NCBI GenBank assembly: GCA_019750915.1
Contig: JAIENY010000027.1
Coordinates: 584-64,583, forward strand
Length of the DNA: 64,000 nt
Direction: 5' to 3'
DNA from: Xanthobacteraceae bacterium
GTDB taxonomy: Bacteria > Pseudomonadota > Alphaproteobacteria > Rhizobiales > Xanthobacteraceae
Position numbers and translations under genes: made by a program. The notes beneath the pieces are model-generated. The model did no database searches and had not been told where the DNA came from. It saw nothing but the letters and a program-made list of their open reading frames with translations. Positions 63,466 to 64,000 of the stretch are shown here, in pieces; position 1 is the stretch's first letter, and each line of letters begins with the position of its first letter.

Positions 63466-64000
63466 GCGGACTGTCGCGTCGCCGCGTTCTGGTGCTCGGC
63501 GGGACGGCCGCTGCTGCAAGCCTGTTTCCGCGGCCAAGCTTCAGCGACACCGGCGCCGAGACGCATGGGATGTCGGCGTTCGGTGACCTGAAATATCCGA
63601 AAGACTTCACGCATTTCGACTACGTGAACCTCAAGGCGCCGAAGGGCGGCCTTTTCTCGACGGTGCCGTCGAGCCGTATCTACAACCAGTCCTATCAGAC
63701 CTTCAACTCTCTCAACGCCTACATTTTGAAAGGCGATGGCGCGATCGGCATGGAGCAGACCTTCATCAGCCTGATGAAGAGTTCGGGCGACGAGCCAGAC
63801 GGAATGTATGGGCTTGCCGCAAGCTCCGTGCAGATCCCGCCGGATGGGCTAACCTATCGATTCAAGATGCGGCCGGAAGCCCGCTTTCACGATGGCAGCA
63901 AGCTGACTGCCGCCGATGCCGCGTTCTCGCTGAATATCCTGAAAGAGAAAGGCCATCCGATCGCGCAGCAGCAGTTGCGTTATTTCGTCAAAGCCGACGC
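63462..64000 (+). CDS. Second YejA-like solute-binding protein, truncated by window edge
   Basis: GTG overlaps the previous TGA; SRRRVL Tat signal, HGMSAFGDLKYPKDFTHFDYVN.KAPKGG. Confidence 0.88.
   Translation, partial: MSGLSRRRVLVLGGTAAAASLFPRPSFSDTGAETHGMSAFGDLKYPKDFTHFDYVNLKAPKGGLFSTVPSSRIYNQSYQTFNSLNAYILKGDGAIGMEQTFISLMKSSGDEPDGMYGLAASSVQIPPDGLTYRFKMRPEARFHDGSKLTAADAAFSLNILKEKGHPIAQQQLRYFVKAD

Overview
GC-rich chromosomal DNA from an alphaproteobacterium; gene content and a typical palindromic repeat point to Nitrobacteraceae/Bradyrhizobiaceae (inference). Left part: 3' end of a GST gene, an RND efflux pair preceded by a RegR-type box, a FlK-like thioesterase, dctA and an adenylate cyclase. 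The centre (about 9.5-35.5 kb) is a urea/short-chain-amide nitrogen-scavenging locus. It holds a sigma54-driven outer-membrane beta-barrel, a REC-LuxR regulator with a permease-fused hybrid kinase, urtABCDE, fmdA-fmdB, amiE, a CbbQ/CbbO-type AAA+/VWA pair, ureD-A-J-B-C-E-F-G, and a TonB receptor with nikR sharing a canonical NikR operator. Next come an uncharacterised GntR-linked cluster (di-iron fatty-acid-hydroxylase-family enzyme, three small proteins, Zn-ADH, MFS), an orphan mdcB/citG, an HWE kinase, lemA-TPM-TPM and housekeeping genes (glycerate kinase, thiolase, glpK, metH, metF, pheA, kdsB, cycM, two YejA-like binding proteins). The best candidate for an undescribed system is the Rubisco-activase-like CbbQ/CbbO pair. 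It has no Rubisco or NO-reductase neighbour in the window, lies beside an amidase ending in His-Arg (the tail seen on CbbQO-client Rubiscos), and shares an upstream motif with urtA. No rRNA, tRNA, CRISPR array or transposase was seen. All calls come from reading the sequence; no searches were run.
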